Assembly: GCA_000320545.1 (NCBI GenBank)
Contig: ADNK01001278.1
Coordinates: forward strand, 62,001 to 126,000
Origin: Bigelowiella natans CCMP2755
Lineage: Eukaryota; Protista; Cercozoa
Reading direction: 5' to 3'
DNA length: 64,000 nucleotides
The notes beneath the pieces were generated by a model. It searched no databases. It was given only the letters and a program-made list of their open reading frames with translations, and had not been told where the DNA came from. A program made the position numbers and the translations under genes. Of this stretch, positions 40,783-53,300 are shown piece after piece (position 1 is the stretch's first letter; the number at the start of each line of letters is the position of its first letter).

Positions 40783-41571
40783 TCATTTGCATTTTTTGTT
40801 ATCCTCTTTATTCGATTTGGAAAGCTCTTTATTCGATTGAGTAAGCTCCGTACATCTGATAATACTAACCGCGCATACCCCAGCTTCATGAAGGGACAAT
40901 GCAGTGAATATGTGCCATGCAAAGGCATGAAGATTGAAATTCTGAACGTATTTACACGCGAATACATCCAGTAACCAGGCACAAGCACCAATACCGGCTA
41001 ACCCAGCACATGCTATGGCACGTCTCCGGATCTTACGATAGATTATCTTGTCGGCTAAGTTTTCCAGTTCCGCGATACGGCCACGTAAGCTCGTCAATCC
41101 ACAAAGGACCATTGCGACAAGATGCACCTCGCAAAATAGCTCTCGTATTGTAAATACTCCAACAAATAAAAGAACACAATGGACGATTGTCCACGAGATA
41201 TTCGCAACACGAAGCGGTTTTCTGGACATATAAAACACGGCCAGGACCGCACAGTTCTCAAAGAACTCGTCCGACTTCTGTGCGACGAACAGCAACGTGG
41301 CATGAAACCACCAAGAGGTAACCCCAGTCATGAATATTGATGCGCAATATATATTGAACAAAAATACGGCCACCCTCTTCTCCCCAGGATCTCTCATACG
41401 TCGAAGCTCTGGAATTTGGCGAAGGAAAAGAACGATCGCCACCACCATATACGCAACATTAGTCCACGTGTTATGAAACTCTTGGATACCAGCGAAGTTA
41501 CTCTCAGGCATATTTATTTCGCACCAATCAATGGGTGAAGGCCCCCAGAGGACACCCCTACTTGGTAACAT
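40783..41571 (-). CDS. Alkaline ceramidase (CREST superfamily), single exon
   Basis: WGPSPIDWCE.N, EFHNTWTN, SWWFHATL, KSDE and LHAFAWH metal-binding motifs, with about seven hydrophobic segments. Confidence 0.9.
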   Translation of the reverse strand: MLPSRGVLWGPSPIDWCEINMPESNFAGIQEFHNTWTNVAYMVVAIVLFLRQIPELRRMRDPGEKRVAVFLFNIYCASIFMTGVTSWWFHATLLFVAQKSDEFFENCAVLAVFYMSRKPLRVANISWTIVHCVLLFVGVFTIRELFCEVHLVAMVLCGLTSLRGRIAELENLADKIIYRKIRRRAIACAGLAGIGACAWLLDVFACKYVQNFNLHAFAWHIFTALSLHEAGVCAVSIIRCTELTQSNKELSKSNKEDNKKCK

Positions 41572-43435
41572 TTGGTCTCCACAGATTCTCACACTCGGGT
41601 GTTCATAAGCGGGCCGATCTTAGATATTATCGCCAGAACCTCTCCGATTTTTGTAAAATTGCTCTGCCATTTGACCAAATTCCATCTTCCGCCGGGGGAA
41701 TCCCAGCTCGTCTACCGGAAATTTTACCACTCCTTCTTCTACCGATCTCCGATGAGATCAACGATCTCCTTGTCCCTTTGCATGAATGACTGTGGTCCCC
41801 TAAACCAGGAGGCGTCACTGCCCTTGATGTGCTTCGATGGTCCTAGAAATAGGCGGCGAAAGATGCAACAAGCTGGCGCACTATTTATTTGGAGGTGTAT
41901 GAAACATACCATGGCTACCGATGCATTGCAACTAAGATTCCACTGAGCATATGAAAGACGACGTTGATCCCAATGTAGAGGCCAAGAATTGCTTTCGTCC
42001 ACGTTGGGCATGTTTCGTCATTCTCATGACGACGGCGGCATAATGTGCAATGGTGATGATGTAGACGATGAAGTAGCAAAGTCGTAGTCAAAAATACCTA
42101 ACGAAACACGCTCATCATTATCCGAGAGGTACTGAACATGGAGTACAACGAAGATAGTCGCTAGCGGGCTAGTCTTTTCCCAGTCCATAATGTCGATTGT
42201 CGATTTTCGTTTTGGTGCTTTCGAGGGAAATAGAATCCTACCAATATATAGAGATTCGCTCACTCCTTATGAATAGAATGGACACTCATTACCAGATTCA
42301 ATCCAACGATTGTGGTTTCTAATTGTTTTAGTTACCATGTTAAAGACGAATGCATTTATTGCTGTTGAAACTGTCAACCTGCAGCATATCGATGCGTTTT
42401 TTCCCAAAATGTAAACGATTTTGAAGTTCGTTGTGCGACTCTTCGTACGCTCGTAAGAAGTTGCCATCATGCCAAAGGAGTCGCAGAAGATAGAGCTTTC
42501 GAACAGGTATTCATTACCCTAGATGAAGACCGATATGGAGAAGATGGGACTTGGGGAACGACGAGGATATTGACGATAACCAATAAGGACCACTGTATAC
42601 GTATCGATACAAGTAGGCTACATGGAGCTTAATATTATGGAAATGTGCAAATCATAAACTCACATCCAACTTGGAAATTTAGCAACGTCATACCCCACGA
42701 TGTGACTGGTAATAGGATTCGTTCTCAACGGAATGTGTCTGCATTGTGTCTGCCATTTACCATCTCTTGAAGCAGCAATCATGCATAGAATACAGGATTT
42801 GCTCGTAATTCTTGCAAAAACAAGCAAAGACTATGCTACATGTAAGCGATTAATGCACATTTTGTTTTTAGTGTTACGAATTTGAAACAGTCAACAGAAA
42901 AATAAGGGACTCGCCGGGTAACCAAAGCGCGCAGTCAGCGCAAAATGTGCGCACATGTTATCTAGGTATATCCATATGCAACTTGCATCGTACGTAAGCG
43001 CAAGCAACGAATAACACGCGCCACATTGTCGTGTACATGTATTCACAGCAGAACATGGATCGCAGGTACGATGTATATTGGATGGAATGATGATAATTAG
43101 CTAGCGCCTGCCACGCCGCCGGCTAGTTGATACTTATCTAGCTAGTGTAGACTACATGCTATGCTGGTTCGATGTATGTCGTACGCACGGCCTCATGTGA
43201 GCACAGTAAATAGCCATAGCGCTATAACAATTGGGCCAGCATGGGCACAACTGTGGTACATTGACATGCGTGTGAAGACATCAATCTCATAACCTTTCGT
43301 AGCACAGATGATGTTCTTGATTAAAGCTGCACACTGCGTAGTAGATCGATTGCACACAAAGATGGATCGAGCTAGTGAATTGAGTAGTGTAGTGTTAAAA
43401 TGTATAGTACTTCATTGCATTCATCCTGCTTGATC

Positions 43436-44747
43436 CTAGAGTTTGTCTTTCTTTTCTGATTGTTTCTTCGGTGGAGGATAGTACGTGCCAATTGTCAATG
43501 CGTAGTGCGCTCCAAATAAATGCCATTCTTCGAATTCGTCAAACATTTCCAATTTCTCTATTCGCGCCTTGTCCTTCGGGTCGAGGATTTTACTATAAAC
43601 AGTGTTCATGTCGAAGGATTGGGCATCAGTCCATCCACAGTCTCTATATCGCTTTACTTGAGCTTCTAATGTCGGATAGGCTTTAAGGCTTCGCAGTGCG
43701 CAGCCCCGCCCCTGCAAATTCTGAATCATTATTTGGCCAAACGGATCGTCCGGACGGATCTGTTCATAGCATACAAACCTCCCAAAACCACCACCGTTAC
43801 TGCTTTTCTTAGAAGCCCAGGCAATCACCCCAGTCGAGTACTTAGGTTCCAAATATATCAGTACGCACTCAGATAGAAAAAGCGTGGGAATTGAGAAGTC
43901 AGCGCCGCATTTTTCCATGGCAACATCAAGCGCTTTGGGATCGCGAAGGTCACAGCTCACGAGATGGTAGTTCTGCGTATGTATATCAGCCTGGATTTTC
44001 TTTCGTTTAACCTTCTTTTTGCTAGGATCCTTCTCCTCATCACCACCTGCTTCTTCCCCTTCTTCGTCGTCAAGTCCAGCGAGGCTTCGGAGCTCCGCTG
44101 TCGCTCTAATAATGTGTGCTTTCCTTTGTGCAATGTCCGGTAGATCTGCTTCGATATAACGGAAACCTTTGAACCCCGCTTTGCGTACTTTAAAAAATGT
44201 CGTGTCGAAACCGGCGCCCAGGCACACGATCTGGTAGCCCTTAGCATCCAGGTCATTAGCAGATGATGATTCTGTTTCCATCGCAGTTGTCTGAGACGAG
44301 GTTGTGGTGCTACCAGCTGGTGGGGAGCAGATTTTAGGTTGAGGCCCATTTTGTAGGAAGTCTTTTACCATTATTTCAAAAGCCGCTACCCGTGAATAAT
44401 AGCCTACAGAAATTTATAAGAATTGTTCATCATGCCAAACGATGTTCAAGGCAGGATATGTGTTTCTAGAAAGGCTATATACTTTTGGTACAAAAGGAAA
44501 CCAATTAATACCACGGTTAATGAGCGGCGAACGCTTAGCTCGCTTTGTCACAAAGTATTGAAGAAACTTGTCATCAAAGTATCCTTTCTCCGCAGCACAC
44601 CTAACAAGCCCACCCATAATCAATCAAGATCCAAAGAACATACTCATAACCCTAACACTAGAATAAGAAAGGGCGAGAAAAAGCTGGTGAGTACAATTTG
44701 GAGACTGCGGCGTCGTCAGAGGTGCCCTGGACCGCCTTCACGTCCAT
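43436..44747 (-). CDS. LCMT1: Leucine carboxyl methyltransferase 1 (PP2A methyltransferase, PPM1)
   Basis: VQGTSDDAAVSK|..KGYFDDKF..RSPLINRG|YYSR, QIVCLGAGFDT, PTLFLSECVLIYL, YEQIRPDDPFG, LEMFDEFEEW. Confidence 0.95.
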
Positions 44748-44894
44748 CGTCAATTGAACGAGCAGTGATGATTAGCTTTGTTCAGATAATATTCCATGCG
44801 AGAAACATCTAAAATAGTTTCTTCTTCGGCAGTTTCTCTCTCTCACAAAGTGTCGCTTCACACAAATGCAATGCAATTAGAAAGAATCCTTGAT

Positions 44895-45728
44895 ACCGGA
44901 AAACTTTGTGAATTCTCGAGAATTTGCTGTTTTCACTTGAAGGCCGATGAATAGCGTGGTGACTGTTCAGGAGGGTGTGGATTGTGACAGGATGAGAGTT
45001 AGCACACATGATTTTCACCCCAATGGAATCACTTCATTCATTCATTCAAAGTGGAAGCTGTGTTTGCGCACTTTGGAACGGAGATTGACTGTGACAGTGA
45101 ACTCATTTCCCACGCATTGGCTTTGCATTGGTTTGTCCAATGTCCAGCAATGCTGACAGATTGAATGCCCAGCACTCTTTGCTTTTGACTCTGGACTTTC
45201 TCATTTTTGCGCTGTGCCGCAGGCTTGGCTGATCCATCCTGAACTGTCAACCTGACTAGGGCATGCTGCACGCAGCACAACGTGCGTGCTGCTCGCTAGC
45301 TCGTGCACATGCTTGCCGCCAGCTTGCTAGCTTGGATGAACAGATCACCAGCTAATTTGCCTCATTCCATTGTGCACTCGTGCACGTGCGCACACGCGCA
45401 CATTGTGCACTCATTGCTCCCACTTGACCGATGCTGGGATCGAAGAACACAAAACAATGCTGGAACAACACGCAAAACTCCAATCTAGCAATGTTGTTGC
45501 GTAGCTGCTGATTGATTCACGACGTGTGTTTCAATGCTCCAACGTGCGCACCATAGCACCATGTGATCCTCTCCCCCGTCCCCCCGCACAGTGGCATTGT
45601 TTTCTGCCATGGTCTCGTAGTGCTGTCTGCACGCGTCGTCTAATTTTTCTTTGTGTGCGTGCGTTGAGCTTTGCATCTTGCGCTCTGTCAGCAGAAACCC
45701 ATGCAAGATGCACATGCGTAGCGAGTTG
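44895..45728. mobile_element. TpA-depleted repeat relic
   Basis: All 12 hand-counted TAs are in CTA or TAG context. Contains the segment shared with 875-980. Confidence 0.4.
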
Positions 45729-45901
45729 TACACAAGGCATCAGGTCGCACGTGAGCATTGGTGTGTGCGACGGTAAGAATTAGGAGACAAGGACGCCATC
45801 TTTCTCATGTATGGCATGAAACGCTAAGTAAGCAGTGAAATTTAGAACAAATTATGTTAACGATGTCGCCGACTTCCCTAAATTAGATACCATGATCCAT
45901 G

Positions 45902-48527
45902 CTATTTTCGGGATGTATGGTTCTTCAATTTCATGGACTTCGTCTTGAGCATAAGGAAGGTGGAGGCCAGAGCGTTTCGTCTGTTGTAAGTGCAAATTTG
46001 TGTTAAGGGCTGATGAGGGGTGGAGTTAAACGCTGAATCGGGGTACAACTATTGTAGGAGCATTATTTCAATGAAGTAGTCAATAAAAAATCACCTGCCA
46101 TCAGACTTTTTCAGTCCAGGCCTCTTCTTCTTGTGCTCTTTTGTTTCCAGCTGCTGCTGCTGCTGCTGTACAGTTTTAGTTTTCTTCTCCGAAACTTCTT
46201 CCCTGAAGAAGACCAATTCTAGGCTTGGATGCGCAGCATCCTGGTGGAATGATTGCAGATAAGGAATTCGCAACATCAATTTGAAGCAAATGAGAAAGCG
46301 TTCAAAGATTTCCTTTCCCAATGTTCTACTGTTACAAAATAGTACTTTTGAGGGGCTGTTCTAATCTTACAACATACCCCTTTCTTGGCTATCTATGTAC
46401 TATTCTTACCGAATTCTCAATGATATATTGCTGGCAGCTCTTGTCCTTGAATAGTTTATTAACCCCTTTCTTTACATCATCGCATCTTTGAAAGCCGAGA
46501 TCCTTAGATAAACGAAGGTTTTAGATAGAAAAGGGCTGTGGCAGAAGCCTTAAGCTTTAAAATGAGCGTTGTTTTCACAATTTTGTTAAATTTTGGTTAA
46601 CAAAAACAAATATTGTCACTATCCTCCACTTTGGTTTGTTTCCCTCTCCAAAGACAATCCTGTACCTTGATGACATTGTAGAAATTCTTCTCGCGATCAG
46701 CGAATCTGGCCCTGTTGGCAATCCACAAATGTAAGGGTTTGGTAGACACCGTCCTCACCAATTCGATGGTCTCGAGCAATGCCCCATATGAGTCGGCTTC
46801 GTACATACAGTCCGACATAATCAGCACATCTGCAATAATTGCAGCAGTAACGATGTTCAGATCACAACGAGCAGGAGAATATGCAGTTGTATAAAGATGT
46901 GATAATGTCAGAAGTAGTGAAGGATAGACAACCTATCGGCATGCTATCGAGTATTTCCTGAGACAGCTTTGAACCCCATACGTACTGCGAAACCACAAGC
47001 CCCTCAGCTTTTTCCTGCTTAATTTATCCCATAAAGGCATTCGACTAAGATACTTTGGCGGATTTGAACAAAAATGTAATTGGTTAGCTTGTTGTCACCT
47101 CATTCGTGAGATTCCTATGAGCGTTGTAACGAGCTAGTTTGGTGTATTTCTCAGAACCTAATGTTAACCAATAAATGGAAAAATATACTTGGCTTGTCGA
47201 TTTCTCACAATTGTCAAGGCAAAGCCTTAATTTTCATTGCCTAACCGTCTGTAATATGGACGAACGCAGCCCCTGCGATCTTGCATGCAATGCTTACCTA
47301 CGATATTGGTTCATTTACTTTTATGTGTACTACGAGTAGTGTTCACCAGAAAATTAATGCACAGCCATCGCTACAATAATCGCAGTCATCTCTGATTTTA
47401 TTTGCCCTATTTTGTAATCTTTATCTGTTCTTTCTCAAACATCTTCTTCACTCAATATAATATTTTATCACCAGTCCTGTCCCGGCACCAATCTCTAAGA
47501 CCCTTTTCCCTCGTACCCCTCCTGCTGGGAGAAGAGCTTCAGCCTGAGAACGACAATAATCGCATTAGACAACGTGGTGATAATCACGATGATGATGGTG
47601 CACTTTGTAAACGTGAAATAGCCTTATGGAATTCACTAATGATTCGCTGTGAAGTATATCATGCTGATCTTTCGCTTCCACAGATGGAATTACGGCGCAG
47701 TAACTTTATAAAGTTATTACGCACTACCTGTTCCACCATACTGTTTGCAACAACGAAAGACAGGAGAGCGCCACATCCCCACACCGCGCCTCCTGTATCC
47801 ATACGTGAGACATTGGGAGCGACAGAGTTCATCTTGTTCTTTGAGTAATCCAATAATCGCTCCTTTTCCCTGATGAGGTCTATGACCTGATCGCAAAGCT
47901 CCTGAATGCTGATGATATCTTTCTCCGATATCTCCGTCCCCATGGATATTTCAGCCGTTTCCTTCAGCTTGATCTCCAAAGTCTTTGGCAGAATATTGGA
48001 GAAGTTGACGTCCTTTGCGTTGGCGCGCATGCCCATAGCCTTGACTGCCTCGGCAAACATGAGAGTATCCGGAACTATCTTTATTATCTCAGGGAAGTGC
48101 CATCCATACCATTCCCGCATGCGCATGGCGTATGTTTTAAGATCTTTGTCAACTTTATCCAAGTTTGCTAAGTTGAGGAGGAGAGCGTTGAGTGGAGAAA
48201 ACGGTGTTGATCAGAACAGAACAGAAGAGAATGCGTAGAACGGGAAAGTTCGTATGAAAGTAAATCGGAAAGGAATGTAAGGGAATGACTCAGCAGATGC
48301 ACTCCACGCACGGAGGAATGACGAAAGAAAAGATTTATCTCAGTCTTATTACTGCTCTCACTGTCCTGCCCAAACTGCTGCGTGATGACCAGCTTCCTTT
48401 TGGAGGGAATCGGTAGGATAAGTGTACGAGATTCTCTATGGCGAAGAGAAGGGGAGTCCCCGGAGGAGGAATTGATGCTGCTATCGCTCATAAGCACCGT
48501 CGCCGTCCCCTCATCAATTTTCGCCAT
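45902..48527 (-). CDS. METTL21/Methyltransf_16-type lysine methyltransferase with in-frame NOP58 segment
   Basis: LVITQ...|[NOP58 segment]DTGGAVWGCGALL|RGKRVLEIGAGTGL|VSI...VHITD|...YVWG...|DVLIMSDCMY. Start may lie further upstream (48668 or 48710). Confidence 0.8.
47809..48167 (-). other. NOP58 (NOP5) NOSIC/coiled-coil fragment
   Basis: LDKVDKDLKTYAMRMREWYGWHFPE...AEISMGTEISEKD...LCDQVI...MNSVAPNV. Lacks the NOP58 N-terminal and RNA-binding Nop C-terminal domains. Confidence 0.92.
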
Positions 48528-49105
48528 CCTCCTCCTCCTCCGTCTGATTAGCTCTCCTGACAGGTGGCGTTTTTGGTCTGCGACTTGCTGAATTATCAAT
48601 AAATCCAAATTAATCAGGCTGTTTTGTTCAACGCGATGGGTGGCCTTCCGACGGAGCCTGTATTTCATTGTCGTAGGAAGAAATTGGCCTTTTGGTTGTG
48701 AAAGCGTCATGAAAGCTTTGCTTCGCTTCTGACGCCCATCGCTTTTAATTTTCCAGCGTCAAGCTTAGGAGGACTCCCTTCTCTCTCTCAACCCGGAAGG
48801 GCTTGACACTTTCTCCTTTTACCCCTGTGATAGCAAATCATCCTCAAACTGTCGAGCAGCTACGCAAAGGAAAAGTAAAACAAACGATTCTTCCTTTGAT
48901 TCTTCCTCTGGCACAGATGAATCTCAGCGATTAGTTACAGAACCAAATTGAGAGCGCATAATTTGTCACGTCTTTGCTGACGAAATATTTCGATACAAAG
49001 CAGCATACTAAACTATAAGCATTTTGTTCCTTGTGGAGGATAAAGCTTATCTCCATATTGCTGCAGGCGTTGCGAGGATATTAGTCCTCAAGGGAGGGAG
49101 GTAGT

Positions 49106-50190
49106 ATGGACGACCTCGCGGACTTAGCCGAAGAGTTTGGGCAACGGGAAAGTCTTACCAGTCGGCTTCGGAACATCCTCTCTCTCTATCCAGAAGGGCC
49201 AGGTCAAAATCATCAAAACTGATCATTCTCAAAGCAATAGACTGCCACAATTTTCCGCGTCGTCGACACGATTTTTTACAGCTTTGCCGACTGTTCCCCA
49301 TCTTCTTTGTGATCATGTCCTTCCCCATTGTCGTAACGTCCTTCCTCTTCTCGTATTCGAAGGAGTGTTATTCGAGCTAATCCAGAACGCAGATGATGCT
49401 AAAGCAACTGAAGTGAACTTGATTCTCAACAAGGTAGTAGTAGCAGTAAAATACTGAAATCAGAGTTCTTTGAAGCTTGAGACCGAATCACCTGGTGCTC
49501 GAGCGACTTGTGTTAAAATCTCCTCCAAACTCTCATTCTGTGATTTTGACGATTTTCTATCTATTTCCCCCCGTCAGGATTCCTATGGAACTTCGAGTTT
49601 ATTTGGCCCGCAGATGGCATCATGGCAGGGGCCGGCTCTTTGTGCGCATAACAACTCAGTTTTTACTCCAAGGTAGTACTGCAAATGACGATAGCGCTGC
49701 TGTGGATGATGATTAAGATGATGATGATGATAGTGATGATGATGATAGTAGTGATGATAATGGTTATCTGTAAAATATGAACATGAAACAAGAACATCGT
49801 GTTCTGCTGATCTTATGTGTACCGTTATCGTTTTCATTCTTCTCAGGGACTTCGAGGCGTTGAGCCGCATAGGGCAAGGCAGCAAGCTGGAGAAAATCAA
49901 TGCTACGGGAAGGTTTGGTCTAGGGTTCAACGCCACGTACCACTTTACAGATATACCAAGCTTTGTGAGCGCAGACAAAATTGTGTTTTTTGACCCGCAT
50001 GCCAAGTATGTCCCCGGCGCGACGGGTAATAAATAATAGACGGCTGTGAGTTGAGAAGATATATTTGATGTATGGTGATGGAACAATCATAAGAACTTGT
50101 GAATTACTGAACACCACTAATGTGGTGATCATATAAAGCATAGAAACTCAACGCTGTGCTTGTATATATTTTATGTATGCGAGCATGTAA

Positions 50191-50237
<47 letters not shown>

Positions 50238-50325
50238 TATCTACATAATATATATAGTTTTACATATAATCTCTACATCCAGTATTTATGTATGTAACTA
50301 CGAATACGCAGTATCATATGCATGT

Positions 50326-50359
<34 letters not shown>

Positions 50360-53300
50360 GTGTGTATGCTCGATTGTATTCAATTTTTAAAGATCGTCGT
50401 CCTTCAATTCCATCGACAATATAACCATTAGAACGTTCTCCCGGCATCAAAATACCAATTTCTGCTCTGAGCAAGAAGCACGATAAATATGCGGATCAGC
50501 TCGCACCATACAGCCTCATGGGATGCAATTTGACTGCGGCGACGCGCTATGAAGGAACGCTATTCCGTTTTCCTTTGCGAACAGAAACCACGGCTGAACG
50601 GAGCGAGATAAAGCCTAAGGTCTCGTTGATAATTCGGCTGATCATTGCGCCTTACTTTTCTCCAACGATAACGGCTGATGCTGCTTTATTTCTTTTTCTG
50701 CTATTGTTTCCATAAGCTAACCTCTTCATTGTTCTTCACGCTTCACGTTACTATCCTATTAGGTTTTGAGCGTGGATGACGTGATGTGTCTGTTCGAGTT
50801 GTATCGGCGTGTGGCATCTCAGTCGATTCTCTTCCTGCGACACATAACGAAGATTAGCGTCCACGTTCATGCCAAGGGCCGGACGACAACGCTCTACACA
50901 GTCGAGCTCAAGGACAAGGCGCAACGAAGGAACGCTGTGTGGCACCAAATGAATCGTAAATTTGCCAAGGAAGCAGAAAAGCACGGCCTAACACTTGCGA
51001 AGAAGGGGGCCTTCTATGAGCAGCTCAAGCGGTTCTCTGAGGAGGACCTGCCGCAAGGAGAACAGCGACTACGTGTACGCTTCACAGAACATGACAGGCT
51101 CTCATACACGGTACGAACTAGTAGCAACAACAGCACAACAGCGGCAGATTTTAGATGTTGTTTACGTAAGAATGATGTCGAAAAGGAAAAGAGGAGGAGG
51201 AGGAAGGAAGGAATGTATAATAGGATGAAGCAGGAGAAGAATGTATTATTATCATTGCAACTGGGAATGGTGATGATACATGATATACCGTGAATCATCT
51301 CTAACAGTAGTGTTCATCATCGGTAAAACTTAAACAGGTTTCGCTCCCCACAACATCCTCATGGTTAGACTCGGTTGTCTTGCAAGAAAACGTCGTTATC
51401 GCTCTCAAGGATGGGTACCATCCTGTCGTTGCGCAGAAGGAGGCAGCAGGAGTAAATGATGAGAAAACTGACGAGAAAACTGACGACAACAGCGAAAGTG
51501 ATGAGAAGAAGAAAGCTGAGAAAGATGAGCATGTTGCTGGAATAATGAATAGTACCAAGAACATCCTCATCGCTTCGCAGATTATGGCGATCAATGGCGA
51601 GCCCGTCTCTAGTCATACGGAGCTCAAGCAACGCGCAAAGCAAATTAGGGATAGTAGTAGTTCTTCAACTTCGACAACACTCTCACTGTCACTCTGCATC
51701 TCACGAGAGGCACCAATGGCAGAAAAAAGGTTGGTTGATAACGGCAACGACGATAACAAGACAGGGAGGGGAGAATCCTCGATAGTTACTACGAATACAT
51801 CAACTTGCACCGAGGAAACTTACCTTGTGTATGAGGCTCTGGGGGGTAAGAGAGCGAGAGAAATGGCACTAGATCCTTCCCGTCGCCACCTCAAATTGCT
51901 TCCTTGGGCGGGTGTTGCAGCACTCATATCACGACGACGCACAGAGATAGATGATGAGAACGAATCGTCCTCGTCATCGTCGTCTTCCTCATCGGGAAGA
52001 AGCCTTTCGGCGACTGAAGGCCGAGCTTTCTGCTTTCTGCCACTACCGTGCTTTACTGGCCTCTCAGCGCATGTGAACGGGTAGTATATTTAGTGGTAGT
52101 AGTAGTAGTAGTAGTATTAGTAGCAGCAGCGGCAGTCGAAACAAATAGTAGTAGTGATAGTAGTAATAGTATTTGTATTAGCAGTCATTAGATACACATA
52201 TCACCAGCCAGTTACACAACGACGTTCCGCTCTCATTCGTCCTTTATTCTCTAATCCGTTTCTCTACTACTCTGCTTCCCCTCCTCTCCTTGTTGTTTGC
52301 CATGACCGTTTTGCAAAAAATCCACAATGAACAACACCAACCACAAACCACCCTCAAGATACTTCGAGCTGTCGGCCAATCGTCGCGACATCTGGTGGGG
52401 CTCGGATATGAGTGGTGACGGGGCTCTTAGGTCGCAATGGAACCGGGTCATCCTTGAGGATGTAGTCGCCCCGTGCTATGCTAGGATGATTCATCTTGCA
52501 GCCAAGGAAATCAGCAACAGTGATAGCAGCGATGATGGTGGTGATAAGGGGATGATGGTGGTGCAAAAGAAGGAAAGTAATGATGATGATGATTTCTCCT
52601 TATTGTCTTCGTCCTACTCCTTGTGGCCGCGAAAGTGGGCGTCGGAGGCGTGGGAAGTGACGCTGAGACGCGTCTACATCGAACTCTGCCAGCTACCGGT
52701 GCTTAGGAGCAGGTAAACACATGCATGCGCACACACGACGCGAGTGTGTGTATCTTAAATATTAATATCTTGATGGTGATGATGCAGGTTCACGAATCAA
52801 TGGGTACAGCCTACATCATGCGTGCTAGTTAACAGCGCGGACAAAACGCAGCTTACAGTCGCAGAGATCCTCGCACTTCAGTGTCGAGCAAACGAAGGGC
52901 ATGATCTCGTCGAAGTTCCTCCGACGATTTTCACCCACCTGTCTTCGACGGAGAAAGTCACAACGCTTACGTCGCCTCTGGTACGCAGATGGATGAAGGC
53001 AGCGGTTTCCCGTCTTCTAGTTGGAAAGGATTACGGTAAGAAGAAGATCTAATCCTGAACATCCTCTCTTCCTTCTCGTTGTCCTTTGTTGCGTACATAG
53101 ATAAATAAATGATATATGTGCTGATGATGGCGCTCGTACTGACGCTGGTGCTACTATATAGGGCCTCGACTGGGTAATTTACAGAGGTTCAAAATCGAGT
53201 GGAAGAAAGGAATTGCACTTCTTGACTTCTGCTGCTCTGACCTCCATCTTAACGACTCTTCTGCTGCTCCTCCTTCTCGGGTGATGATTGGGGTAGATAA

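Noticed and set aside
45038-45280. Tyrosine-recombinase-like motif GIQSVSIAGHW
   Set aside because: No supporting HxxR or catalytic Tyr spacing; too short to call.
47659-48162. Stand-alone NOP58 gene
   Set aside because: N-terminal and Nop C-terminal domains are absent, and the flanking exons belong to the methyltransferase.
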